A DNA stretch of 59,859 nt, the filler included. It is 4 parts of 4 records of this genome, joined end to end, with 100 filler letters (N's around TTAATTAATTAA, not from the genome) between each part and the next. Parts side by side here need not be neighbours in the genome. Positions count along the whole stretch, not along the records: positions 23,828 to 39,113 come from DRR723986_1356; 3 more parts are not named here. One strand, 5' to 3'. The notes beneath the pieces were generated by a model. That model had not been told where the DNA came from. It saw nothing but the letters and a program-made list of their open reading frames with translations, and made no database searches. Positions 29,982-38,791 of this stretch are shown here, one piece after another (position 1 is the first letter of the stretch; the number at the start of each line of letters is the position of its first letter). Both the position numbers and the translations under genes were made by a program.

Positions 29982-31391
29982 GTGGCGCGCAAAAAGAAAG
30001 CGGACGAAGTAGTGGTGAGCACCAGGCAGCGGTCAAAGAGCAAGTCCAAGATTTTGCTCAAGAAACACTCTGCCCTGGTGCAGATGAAGAATGTGCCGAC
30101 GGCCGGTCAGCGCAAGCTGCTGAACACGCTCCTGCAGATTGCGAGCGAACGCCTGCGTGACAACCAGAATACACGCCTGTTTACGACTAATTTCAGTGAG
30201 ATTCGCCACCGCAGTGGTATGCAAAAAGAGACGAACTACCAGCGTGTCAAAGAAGCGTTGGAAGGGCTTGCGAATGTCAACGTCAAATACAACGTGCTCG
30301 ACAAGGACAAGGAAGTTGAATGGGGCGTGTTTGCGCTTGTCTCAGAAGCCAAGGTCCGCTCGGACGGCACAGTCACATTTGCTTTCCCACCTACGATTCA
30401 CGATAACATCCTCTTCCCTTCCATGTTTGCCGTTCTGAATACGGGGATCATCAATGGGCTGCGCAGCAAGTACGCGATTGCGCTGTATGAGCTCCTGCAG
30501 GATTACCGGCGGATCGGTATGGTCACGATGACGATTGATGAGTTTCGTGAGCTGATGGCACTTGAGAGTGAATACACCGAGTTTTCAATGCTGCGGCGGC
30601 GCATAATTGATGCGGCTATCAAAGAGATAAATCGCAAAACCGACATGCGCGTGACCTACGAGTGCATCAAGAGCGGCCGCAAATACACTGACGTGACTTT
30701 CTTTGTTTCCGGTGCAGCCAATCCAAGTGCCGAGGATCTTAGTCTTTTTCAGGGCGTTAGTGAAGAAGCCGGTAAGGTGCCGAATGCGGCGCTGGCGGCG
30801 CGATTGCGGTATTATGGCATTGCCGAGCAGCGCGCGATAGATTATGCACGCTCCAAGTCGGAAGCCGAGCTGACGACGGCGCTCAAGCTTTTTGAAAAAC
30901 GCTACGAACGTGGCGGCGTTGAAAACCCCGCCGGTATGCTGATCTACTTCCTGGAAAATGTTGTGATTGGCAATGCACACAAACACATGCCCGTCAGCCC
31001 GCGGATTCAGACCAGTTCGGATCAGAACAATCAGCAACATGAAGAGACATTGCGTGAGCTGGAGCAGCTCTTCCGCGGCCATTGTGATACAATTGTTGCC
31101 GCACGGGTGGCCAAAGTAGCGGCAGAAGAAATTGAAGATTTTGTAGCGCAGTACGCCGGCAACGACATCGTTCTGGATCAACTCAGGAATGCTGAAGGTG
31201 ATTTTGACCACGAAGTCATCACCCACCACCGCCTGTTTTTGGCGTTTTTGTACTCCAAGTACGTTGATGAAGAAGCCGAGTTTATTCGTTTTGCGCGGTC
31301 ACGTGGTTTTGTTGTGGCCCGCAAAGCCGATGGTTTTGTGATTGTTGGTGCGCAGACAGCCCCTGAAAAACAGCTTTTTGAAGAGAAATAA
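29982..31391 (+). CDS. Rep_3-family (winged-helix) plasmid replication initiator with a long C-terminal extension
   Basis: KKHSALVQM...QRKLLNTLL (WH1) and LRSKYAIALYELLQDY...IDEFRELM...LRRRIIDAAIKEIN (WH2); start placed at GTG 29982 because the upstream in-frame part overlaps iterons. Confidence 0.88.
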   Translation: MARKKKADEVVVSTRQRSKSKSKILLKKHSALVQMKNVPTAGQRKLLNTLLQIASERLRDNQNTRLFTTNFSEIRHRSGMQKETNYQRVKEALEGLANVNVKYNVLDKDKEVEWGVFALVSEAKVRSDGTVTFAFPPTIHDNILFPSMFAVLNTGIINGLRSKYAIALYELLQDYRRIGMVTMTIDEFRELMALESEYTEFSMLRRRIIDAAIKEINRKTDMRVTYECIKSGRKYTDVTFFVSGAANPSAEDLSLFQGVSEEAGKVPNAALAARLRYYGIAEQRAIDYARSKSEAELTTALKLFEKRYERGGVENPAGMLIYFLENVVIGNAHKHMPVSPRIQTSSDQNNQQHEETLRELEQLFRGHCDTIVAARVAKVAAEEIEDFVAQYAGNDIVLDQLRNAEGDFDHEVITHHRLFLAFLYSKYVDEEAEFIRFARSRGFVVARKADGFVIVGAQTAPEKQLFEEK

Positions 31392-31431
31392 GCCGATGGT
31401 TCTGACTGGATCAATCACCCGAGTAGCCGGC

Positions 31432-32600
31432 AATATATAAGTATAAATGTATGTAAATAAAGATGTGGGTCTGTCATGTATGTTTTATACCCTCCCCTAT
31501 TGATTTCATTGACTGTTGGGTGAGCTCTCGATTCTGCGGGAGGTGTTGTGCGCAGCCCTTGAATAAATAAGTATAAAAGTACATACATAAATACTGTAGC
31601 CTGTGTCTGAGTATTTTTGTTTTGTAAGCTCTCCCCTGCTTGTGTTGCTTGTAAGGACTGCCTATACTGGTAACTCTTTAGAATTCACCTTAAGCAGCCG
31701 TGTTATTGCTGCGGTTGTGGGGCCTGCATTGCTGTTTGGCGGTTTAGTCTTGCCGGCTATATAAATGTATAAATAGGGAAGCGGCTAAATGTTTATATGC
31801 ATGCCAGATATTGATGAGGCCTGTTGTCGCCTGGTTTTACGCCTCTGAAGCCTGTGTCTATCTGGTTTTGTGCGGTTTATGATTTACCGGTTTAGCACTT
31901 ACACTGACTCTGATTTGGACTCCAGACAGTACTTCGGGGACATGTTGCTCCGCCTCTAGAACTCACCTTGAAGTTTGCCCTCAAGCGTACTGTGAAGTTT
32001 GAGGGTAAGTCTGCATCTTTCTATGTACCACCTTCCCTACTGCCGAATGAGGCGCACATTTTGGCTGCAACACGGAATATATAAGTATAAATGTATATCA
32101 GTGATTATGCATAAATTGCACTTTATAACCACTGCCTTTACAGCCAACCTTGCGCGATTGGTACTTGCAGCAGCTGAGGCTACGCTTCAATATATAAGTA
32201 TAAATGTGGATATGTATAATTGCCGATTAGTTTTTAATGTTTTGTGGCTACATGTCCTCACTGCTTTCTACGCGTGATTGTTTTCACCCGGCAATAGACT
32301 GCCAGAATTCTTGCATTAATACAGCTTTGTATTCCGACATTCATATGTTTTGCTTTTAATACTGGAATCCGGCTAAATATTCATACAAATAATTGTATAG
32401 ACTGCTAATCATTAAAATGTACTCATGGCTAAACATTCAAAGATAAATCTTCAGATACTGCGGTACATTTATAGTTATGGATGTAGAAACGTTCAAATAT
32501 TCATAGTTAAAAGTGCAAATACGGCAAAACATTCTTATATTTGTGCGTTGGAATGTTCCTATTATTAATAATAAGAACATTTATAAATTTTTATTTTTAT
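31432..32600. repeat. AT-rich non-coding region with dispersed 19-mers and 8-bp repeats, candidate centromere/operator
   Basis: AATATATAAGTATAAATGT exact at 31432, 32076 and 32189, variant at 31562; many A(C/T)ATT(C/T)A(A/T)-like octamers at 32337-32585. Confidence 0.6.
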
Positions 32601-32627
32601 GCATCATCCGAGCAGCAAGAGGACGGC

Positions 32628-33200
32628 ATGAAAATTCTGGTATACAATTTTAAGGGGGGAGTGGGGAAGACTGCCTTTTCACTGGCATATGCTCTCGAAA
32701 AAGACTTCGGCGTCGTGACCAATGACACCTACAGTCCGCTTGAGAAAGTCTTACCCGACGACCGCGTGCTAAAACTGAAGAAAAACGCTTCAGTTCCGAG
32801 CTTTCCGGATGATTACGATATCGTCTTTGATTTTGGTGGTTATATCGACCAGCGCGTCATTGAAGCCGCCAAAATGTCCGACTGGGTCATAATTCCGACT
32901 GCGCCTGACTTCATTGAGTTGCAGGTAACGCTTGAAACGATCAAAGAGGTTGAGCGCCACAACAACAAGATTGTGATTGTGGCCAACAAGCTCGGGAAGG
33001 ACGACCTGGAACACATCCAGGAGGTCATCGGCAAGTTTTTTGACTATCCGATCTTTCCGCTTAAGAACTCACGTCTCTTTGGCAAGATATTCGAAGAACG
33101 CAAGGCCATCTCGGCGATCGCCGGCGAAAACGGCCTGGCGCGTTACACCTACCGGGCGGTAATCAAGCAGTTCAAACAGATTCTCAAGCACATCGGCTAG
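32628..33200 (+). CDS. parA: ParA-family ATPase, short type Ib-like form without an N-terminal HTH
   Basis: MKILVYNFKGGVGKT deviant Walker A, DIVFDFGG Walker B, VIIPT and IVANK motifs; ATG 32628 behind GAGGA. Confidence 0.88.
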   Translation: MKILVYNFKGGVGKTAFSLAYALEKDFGVVTNDTYSPLEKVLPDDRVLKLKKNASVPSFPDDYDIVFDFGGYIDQRVIEAAKMSDWVIIPTAPDFIELQVTLETIKEVERHNNKIVIVANKLGKDDLEHIQEVIGKFFDYPIFPLKNSRLFGKIFEERKAISAIAGENGLARYTYRAVIKQFKQILKHIG

Positions 33201-33279
33201 GTCTGGTCTCGGCGCAGTTCCAATTGTCAGAATCAATCGTCTGAATCACAATCAACAGTAACGGGGAAGGGAAGCTCTC

Positions 33280-33534
33280 ATGGCTAAAAAGAAAATGGAC
33301 CTCTCGAATTTTTCGCTGGATAAAGACACACAGGTGCTCAAATCCGATAAAAAGGACGTCGGCCGGCCAACATTCAAGGATGCCGACACCGAGTACACAA
33401 CGATTACAGCGCACATTCCGGTTGAGACCAAGAAAAAAATGATGCTGGCGCTGGCAACCACATATTACGACCAATACAAAACGCAGGCCGAACTCATCAA
33501 TGATGCGATTCTGGCTTTCATCGAGGGCGAATAA
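33280..33534 (+). CDS. Small ParA partner, probable ribbon-helix-helix DNA-binding protein
   Basis: Directly after parA; basic flexible N-terminus with GRP; alternating strand TITAHIP followed by two helices. Confidence 0.7.
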   Translation: MAKKKMDLSNFSLDKDTQVLKSDKKDVGRPTFKDADTEYTTITAHIPVETKKKMMLALATTYYDQYKTQAELINDAILAFIEGE

Positions 33535-33601
33535 GCGCGCCGCAAACCATAGAACCATTATCCGGCCGGCATCGGCCAGTATCCAGCCGATATCACCAAC
33601 T

Positions 33602-33710
33602 GTCATAACTTTGACGGATTTCAGTCTGTGCCCCGACATCTTATCAGCTCAGTCCACACTTTGACCACTTGCCTGCGGGCTCTTACCGCTAAACCCGTCA
33701 AAACTTTGAC
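33602..33710. repeat. Three copies of a 14-bp quasi-palindrome GTC(A/C)NNACTTTGAC
   Basis: GTCATAACTTTGAC at 33602-33615, GTCCACACTTTGAC at 33652-33665, GTCAAAACTTTGAC at 33697-33710. Confidence 0.7.
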
Positions 33711-33932
33711 ACTTGCCAAACGGCTCTGACAGTCGCCGGAGACCATCGCTGCAGTCAATATTTCCGTCTTGAGCAGCCCCCTGCACAAGGCAAATAATCC
33801 CGATTGGCTGTTGGTGCCGTCGATCTGCAGTTTCCAAAGCCTGCGGCCCGGTTTCATTGGAATCACAAGACATTCATCAAACTCTCTGCATCCACCCAGA
33901 TATGTTCCTGAACCGCAAATTAAGTGTTGGAC

Positions 33933-33986
33933 GCTAAGCCGCACTTAGCTATATTCGCTATTGAGATATTTGAATAATCAATAGCG
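33933..33986. promoter_or_regulatory. Two palindromes directly upstream of imuB, candidate operators
   Basis: GCTAAG-N5-CTTAGC at 33933-33949 and CGCTATTGA-N13-TCAATAGCG at 33956-33986. Confidence 0.45.
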
Positions 33987-33996
33987 GTTTTAAGTC

Positions 33997-35187
33997 GTGC
34001 CGAATGTCATCGAAGAGCGGGAGCCCTCCCGCGATATTATTTGTTTATGGTTTCCCGATTACCCGGCCTGGGTTTGGGCCGACCTGCGTGGTCACGACTC
34101 TGAAATAGCAGTCAGCGAGGATGGTAAAGTCTGCGCTGTTAGTACGGCCCTGCGTCGTCGTGGGCTGCGTGGTGGAGAAACCACGGCGCGTGCGCGCAAT
34201 GAATTCCCACAGGCGGAATTTGTGCTGCGCGAAATCTCTTTAGAGAAATCCATGTGGCGGCGTTTGCTGCCGACCATCAATGCACTGAGCCCCAAGTTGA
34301 GTGCGCCACGGCCGGGGCTGGTCTTCATCGATGCCGAGCGGCCGCAGGCCCTGGCTACCTTCGTCAGCGAATCACATATTCGTGCCGGCCGCGCGCCCTG
34401 GCATACGACGGCGCTGCTGGCGGCCCTGGCGGGCGACATCGGCGAGATTCGGCATGTGAGCGAGGCGGGGCTGAATGACTTCCTGAATGCCAGTCCGCTG
34501 AGTGTTCTGCTGGAACTGGGGCCGGAACTGGGAATTGAAAAGGACATGCTCGAAAAATTACCGCTGTTTGGATTTACCTCACTCGGCGCCCTGCGCCGCC
34601 TTGGTCGCCGCCACCTGCAGGCGCAGTTCGGTCCACCGGGAATTGTCCTGTTTGATCTGCTCAATTCGGTGCGGACACCCAAACCTCTGCCCGACTACCA
34701 TCCACCGGCTGAGATATACCTGCACCGCCGCCTGGAATTTGATGCCTGCGAACCCTGCGAACTCTTGCCACACATGCGCGACCTGTTACAGCAGGCTGCA
34801 CGTGAGCTGGGGGAGCGGCGCAGTGGTCTGGCGACGCTTGAACTTGAACGTGCCGATGGGGAAGTCGTAGCGGCTTCCAAGTTGCTCAAGGAACCAACGC
34901 GTGACGCCGCCAAACTCTTTGGTGTGGTGCGTACGCTACTGCCCGGCCTGCTCAGCGGCATGGCCGTGGACGTTGTAGCCATCCGCCTTGGCAGCCTCAG
35001 CAATGCACAATACGTTCAGGAGCGTCTGCTCGACCGCCGTATCCGCGTTGACGGCGCCGTGGCGCCCGTCCTGCGCCGCTACCCCCAGGGGCTTAAACAG
35101 GCTGAAATTCAAAACCCGGATGCCTACCTGCCCGAAGACGGCATCCGCCTGCAGATATGGCCGCTCAGCGGGCCGGCACGGCAGTGA
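33997..35187 (+). CDS. imuB: ImuB-like catalytically inactive Y-family polymerase
   Basis: IICLWFPDY and VCAVS.A.RRRGLRGG....AR...P fold motifs without catalytic acidic residues; HhH-like FGFTSLGAL; QERLL clamp-like motif; upstream of dnaE2. Confidence 0.8.
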   Translation: MPNVIEEREPSRDIICLWFPDYPAWVWADLRGHDSEIAVSEDGKVCAVSTALRRRGLRGGETTARARNEFPQAEFVLREISLEKSMWRRLLPTINALSPKLSAPRPGLVFIDAERPQALATFVSESHIRAGRAPWHTTALLAALAGDIGEIRHVSEAGLNDFLNASPLSVLLELGPELGIEKDMLEKLPLFGFTSLGALRRLGRRHLQAQFGPPGIVLFDLLNSVRTPKPLPDYHPPAEIYLHRRLEFDACEPCELLPHMRDLLQQAARELGERRSGLATLELERADGEVVAASKLLKEPTRDAAKLFGVVRTLLPGLLSGMAVDVVAIRLGSLSNAQYVQERLLDRRIRVDGAVAPVLRRYPQGLKQAEIQNPDAYLPEDGIRLQIWPLSGPARQ

Positions 35188-35221
35188 TGCAGGACCACAA
35201 ACTTTATTCACGTAATCGACC

Positions 35222-35467
35222 ATGGAGTCTGACATGCGAATGTATCTGGAACCAATAACTGTTGACGGCAATGTGCGCGCGCCACGCCGCTTCTACTGGC
35301 GCAAAAAAATCCTGGAAGTCCGCGAAGTACTCGAACGCTGGGTCTCACAGACCGAGTGGTGGAATCAGGAGGAACGCCGCCTGTATATGCGCGTGCTGAC
35401 GGGGGAGGGGATTGTTGAAGTTTACTGCAGCAGTGACCGCTGGACCTTATCACGCATCATGGACTAG
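35222..35467 (+). CDS. DUF6504 / stand-alone ImuB-C-like small protein
   Basis: PRRFYWR.....V.EVLERW.....WW....R.Y.RV...W.L.RI.D pattern; lies between imuB and dnaE2. Confidence 0.78.
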   Translation: MESDMRMYLEPITVDGNVRAPRRFYWRKKILEVREVLERWVSQTEWWNQEERRLYMRVLTGEGIVEVYCSSDRWTLSRIMD

Positions 35468-35479
35468 GAGAGCGTTACC

Positions 35480-38400
35480 GTGTTTGCATACCTGCATGTC
35501 CGTAGCTGGTTTTCCTTTCTCAACGGCGGCTCTTCACCCGAGGCGCTGGCCGACCGCGCATCGCGCCTGGGCGTCAAGGCGCTGGCGCTGACGGATCGCA
35601 ACGGCGTCTATGGCGTGGCGCGCCTGCACAAGGCCTGCACGCTGCTTGGCATCAAGCCGATTTACGGCACGGAGCTGACGCTGGACGACGGCACGCCGCT
35701 GGTGCTCCTGGCGCGCAGCAATGCGGGGTATACGAATATCTGCCGACTGCTGACGGAAGCACATCAGCGCGACCGCCTCGATCCGCGCCTGTCTCTGGAC
35801 GATCTGTCCGCTTATACGGAGGATCTCTTTTGCCTGAGCGGCGCGCGTGGCAGCCGCCTGCGCAACCTGGTGGAGGAGCGCTCGATGCCTGCAGCGCGCC
35901 AGTTGCTGCGCCGCCTGCAGAAGCTGTTTGGTGAAATGTTCTACGTTGAACTCTGCCACCACGCGCGCCGCGGCGATAGCATGGACAATGCGATTCTCTT
36001 TCGCCTGGCCGCTGACGAAGGCATCGCCCCGGTGGCTTCCGGCGACGTGCATTACGCCACCAACGATGATTATATGCGCTACGATCTACTTACCTGCATT
36101 CGCCTGGGGCAGACCGTTTTTGATTCCCATCGCGAGCGGCCCGTTAATGCCGAGGCCTGCCTGCGCAGCCGCGAGGCCCAGCGTTATCTGATTCCCTACC
36201 ACCAGGCTTTTGACAACGCAGCGCAGATTGCTGAAGCCTGCAATGTTGAGCTGTTTCCCGGCCACGTGGTGCCGCCACACACACAGCTGCCGCCGGGTGT
36301 TAATGACGGCGCGGCCTACCTGCGCAGCCTGTGCCGATCGGCCCTGACGCGCCTGTATCCGCAGGAGCAGGCCCGCCGCCGCGCTGACGCGCTGATGCGT
36401 AAAGAGCTGGAAGTCATCATCGATCTGGAGCTGGAAGAATTTTTTCTGGTAGTGCGCGAAGTCGTGGATGAGGCGCGCCGCCGCAACATCCGCTGTGCCG
36501 GGCGTGGCTCGGCCGCCAACTCAATCGTAGCCTACCTGCTCGGCATTACCGCCGTGGACCCGATACGCCACAAATTGCTCTTTGAGCGTTTCCTGCACCG
36601 CGGCCGCAAGGGCACACCCGATATTGATGTTGACTTCGATTCCGACCGCCGCGATGAGATCATTGCCTGGATGGAAGAGCGCTTCGGCATCGAGCAGACC
36701 GCCATGACCGCCACCCTGATCACCTACCGCCTGCGCTCCGGACTGCGTGACTGCGCCAAGGCGCTCGGCTACCCCCTGCCGCTGATCGACAGGATGTGCA
36801 AAGCCGTGCCGCCGGCGAATGCCGCACAGATACGGATTTATAGCGATCACCTGCAGGAAGTTGCCGGCGCCTCACCACTGCTGGAAACTCTGCTGGACAT
36901 GGTCGAACGTCTGGAAGGCTGCCCGCGTCACCTGGGGCTGCATTCGGGCGGCATGGTCCTCTCACGCATTCCGCTGTATCAGCTGACGCCCGTGCAGGTC
37001 TCGGCCAACGGCGTGAAAGTCGTACAGTTTGACAAGGACGACGTGGAGGCGTTTGGCCTGGTTAAACTGGATGTTCTGGGGCTGCGCATGCTTGCCACGA
37101 TCGGCGAAACCCTTGAAGTCATTGAGCGTCATGAGGGCCAGGCCGCGCCGCTGGACGAAGCACCACTCGACGAGCCGCGCGTCTTTAACCTGATCCGCGC
37201 CGGCAAAACCATCGGCGTCTTCCAGATAGAATCGCAGGGGCAGATGCACCTGCTGGCACAGCACCAGCCCGAAGAATTTAACGACCTGATCAACGAGGTC
37301 GCACTTTTCCGGCCCGGGCCGCTACAGGGTGGAATGGTTAATCCATTCGTTCGCCGCCGCCGCGGCCTGGAGCCGGTCTATTATGAACATCCCGACCTGG
37401 AACCCGTGCTCAAAGACAGCTACGGCGTCATCCTTTTTCAGGAACAGATCCTGGAAATTGCGCACCAGTTTGCCGGGATGAGCCTGGAATCCGCCGACGA
37501 CTTCCGCGCGCTCATGTCCAAATTCCGCGATCCGGGGGAGATGGAGCGCATGCGCAGCGTTTTTGTCGATGGCGCCGTGGCGCGCGGCGTGCCTACCGCC
37601 GTGGCCAACAGCGTTTTTGATAAAGTCTCCAAGTTTGTCGGTTATGGTTTTTGCCGCAGCCACGCCGCCGCTTTTGCCAAAACGGTCTATCAGTCGGCCT
37701 GGCTTAAAGTCTTTTACCCGGCGGCGTATATGGCGGCGTTTATGCAGCACCGCCCCGGCTTTTATCCGCTGCTGACGCTGGAGGAAGAGGCGCGCCGTAT
37801 GGGCGTGGGAATCCTGCTGCCCTGTATCAACCGCAGTGGCGTGCGTTATGATATCGAACGCAGCGCCGCCGATGCTCCCTGGAAAATTCGCAAGCCGCTC
37901 AGCGCTATTAAACACGTGCCGGAGGATGTGGCGCGCGCCGTTGTCCTCGACCGTCTGGACGCGCCGTTTACATCCGTTGAGGACTTTATGGAACGCATCC
38001 GTCCGGACCGCGATGTGGCCGAAGCCCTGGCACGTGGTGGCGCCTTTGACAGCCTGGCCGGTGACGCCCGCCGCGCCCTCTGGCTTGTGGGTGTTTTGCT
38101 GCGCCGCCTGGACCCCGAAACCGATACGACCCCACGTCTTGCACTGGACACACCACTGATTTCCGAGCGCGATGTTCCGCAGCTGGAAAAACTCGACAGC
38201 GGTGAACAGGTCGCCTGGGATTTTGCTACACATGGTGCCGCGCGTGTTCACCCTATGACGCTGATACGGCGTACACTTAACAATCTGGAGGTGCGCCCCA
38301 TCGCTACGGCCTACAGAATGCGCGACCGCAAAAAGTTTCGCAGCGATCCCGACCCGCAATTGTTAACTGCCGGCATTGTAATTCTGCGTCAGCGGCCGCC

Positions 38401-38791
38401 CACGGCGCGCGGGGTGATGTTTGTAACGATTGAGGATGAGAGCGGCTTCATGCAGTGTGTTGTGCTTCCGGAAGTTCAGGAATTGTTAATGCGCACCATC
38501 ACCGGTCCGGCTTTAATCGTGCAGGGGCCGCTGCATATTATGGGTAATTGGCGCGGTCTGGTTGTTGAACATGCCTGGCCATTGCGTTCGGTTGCCGGTG
38601 GGTTTCGTGGACATCCTTCGGCCGCCGGTGGCCAGGATCAGCACGTGCGCCAGGCCGAGTACTCGGAGCACGAACTGCGCGCACTTTCACAGGCAATGCG
38701 CCGCGAATATATGGTTGATGACAGCGGTCGTCTTGTGGTCCAGACCAGTGGCCCGTTGCAGCAGAATGCGGTGACGCGGCGGACGCGTTAA
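35480..38791 (+). CDS. dnaE2: Error-prone DNA polymerase III alpha subunit (DnaE2/ImuC)
   Basis: LHVRSWFSFL.G, GRGSAANS.VAY.LGIT, PDIDVDF, PRHLGLHSGGMV, GYGFCRSHAAAFA and RQRPPTARGVMF.TIEDE motifs. Confidence 0.93.
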   Translation: MFAYLHVRSWFSFLNGGSSPEALADRASRLGVKALALTDRNGVYGVARLHKACTLLGIKPIYGTELTLDDGTPLVLLARSNAGYTNICRLLTEAHQRDRLDPRLSLDDLSAYTEDLFCLSGARGSRLRNLVEERSMPAARQLLRRLQKLFGEMFYVELCHHARRGDSMDNAILFRLAADEGIAPVASGDVHYATNDDYMRYDLLTCIRLGQTVFDSHRERPVNAEACLRSREAQRYLIPYHQAFDNAAQIAEACNVELFPGHVVPPHTQLPPGVNDGAAYLRSLCRSALTRLYPQEQARRRADALMRKELEVIIDLELEEFFLVVREVVDEARRRNIRCAGRGSAANSIVAYLLGITAVDPIRHKLLFERFLHRGRKGTPDIDVDFDSDRRDEIIAWMEERFGIEQTAMTATLITYRLRSGLRDCAKALGYPLPLIDRMCKAVPPANAAQIRIYSDHLQEVAGASPLLETLLDMVERLEGCPRHLGLHSGGMVLSRIPLYQLTPVQVSANGVKVVQFDKDDVEAFGLVKLDVLGLRMLATIGETLEVIERHEGQAAPLDEAPLDEPRVFNLIRAGKTIGVFQIESQGQMHLLAQHQPEEFNDLINEVALFRPGPLQGGMVNPFVRRRRGLEPVYYEHPDLEPVLKDSYGVILFQEQILEIAHQFAGMSLESADDFRALMSKFRDPGEMERMRSVFVDGAVARGVPTAVANSVFDKVSKFVGYGFCRSHAAAFAKTVYQSAWLKVFYPAAYMAAFMQHRPGFYPLLTLEEEARRMGVGILLPCINRSGVRYDIERSAADAPWKIRKPLSAIKHVPEDVARAVVLDRLDAPFTSVEDFMERIRPDRDVAEALARGGAFDSLAGDARRALWLVGVLLRRLDPETDTTPRLALDTPLISERDVPQLEKLDSGEQVAWDFATHGAARVHPMTLIRRTLNNLEVRPIATAYRMRDRKKFRSDPDPQLLTAGIVILRQRPPTARGVMFVTIEDESGFMQCVVLPEVQELLMRTITGPALIVQGPLHIMGNWRGLVVEHAWPLRSVAGGFRGHPSAAGGQDQHVRQAEYSEHELRALSQAMRREYMVDDSGRLVVQTSGPLQQNAVTRRTR

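Noticed and set aside
31999-32277. 92-aa ORF between rep and parA (also small ORFs at 28840-29849)
   Set aside because: These are translations of repeat-rich non-coding DNA with no RBS or recognisable motifs.
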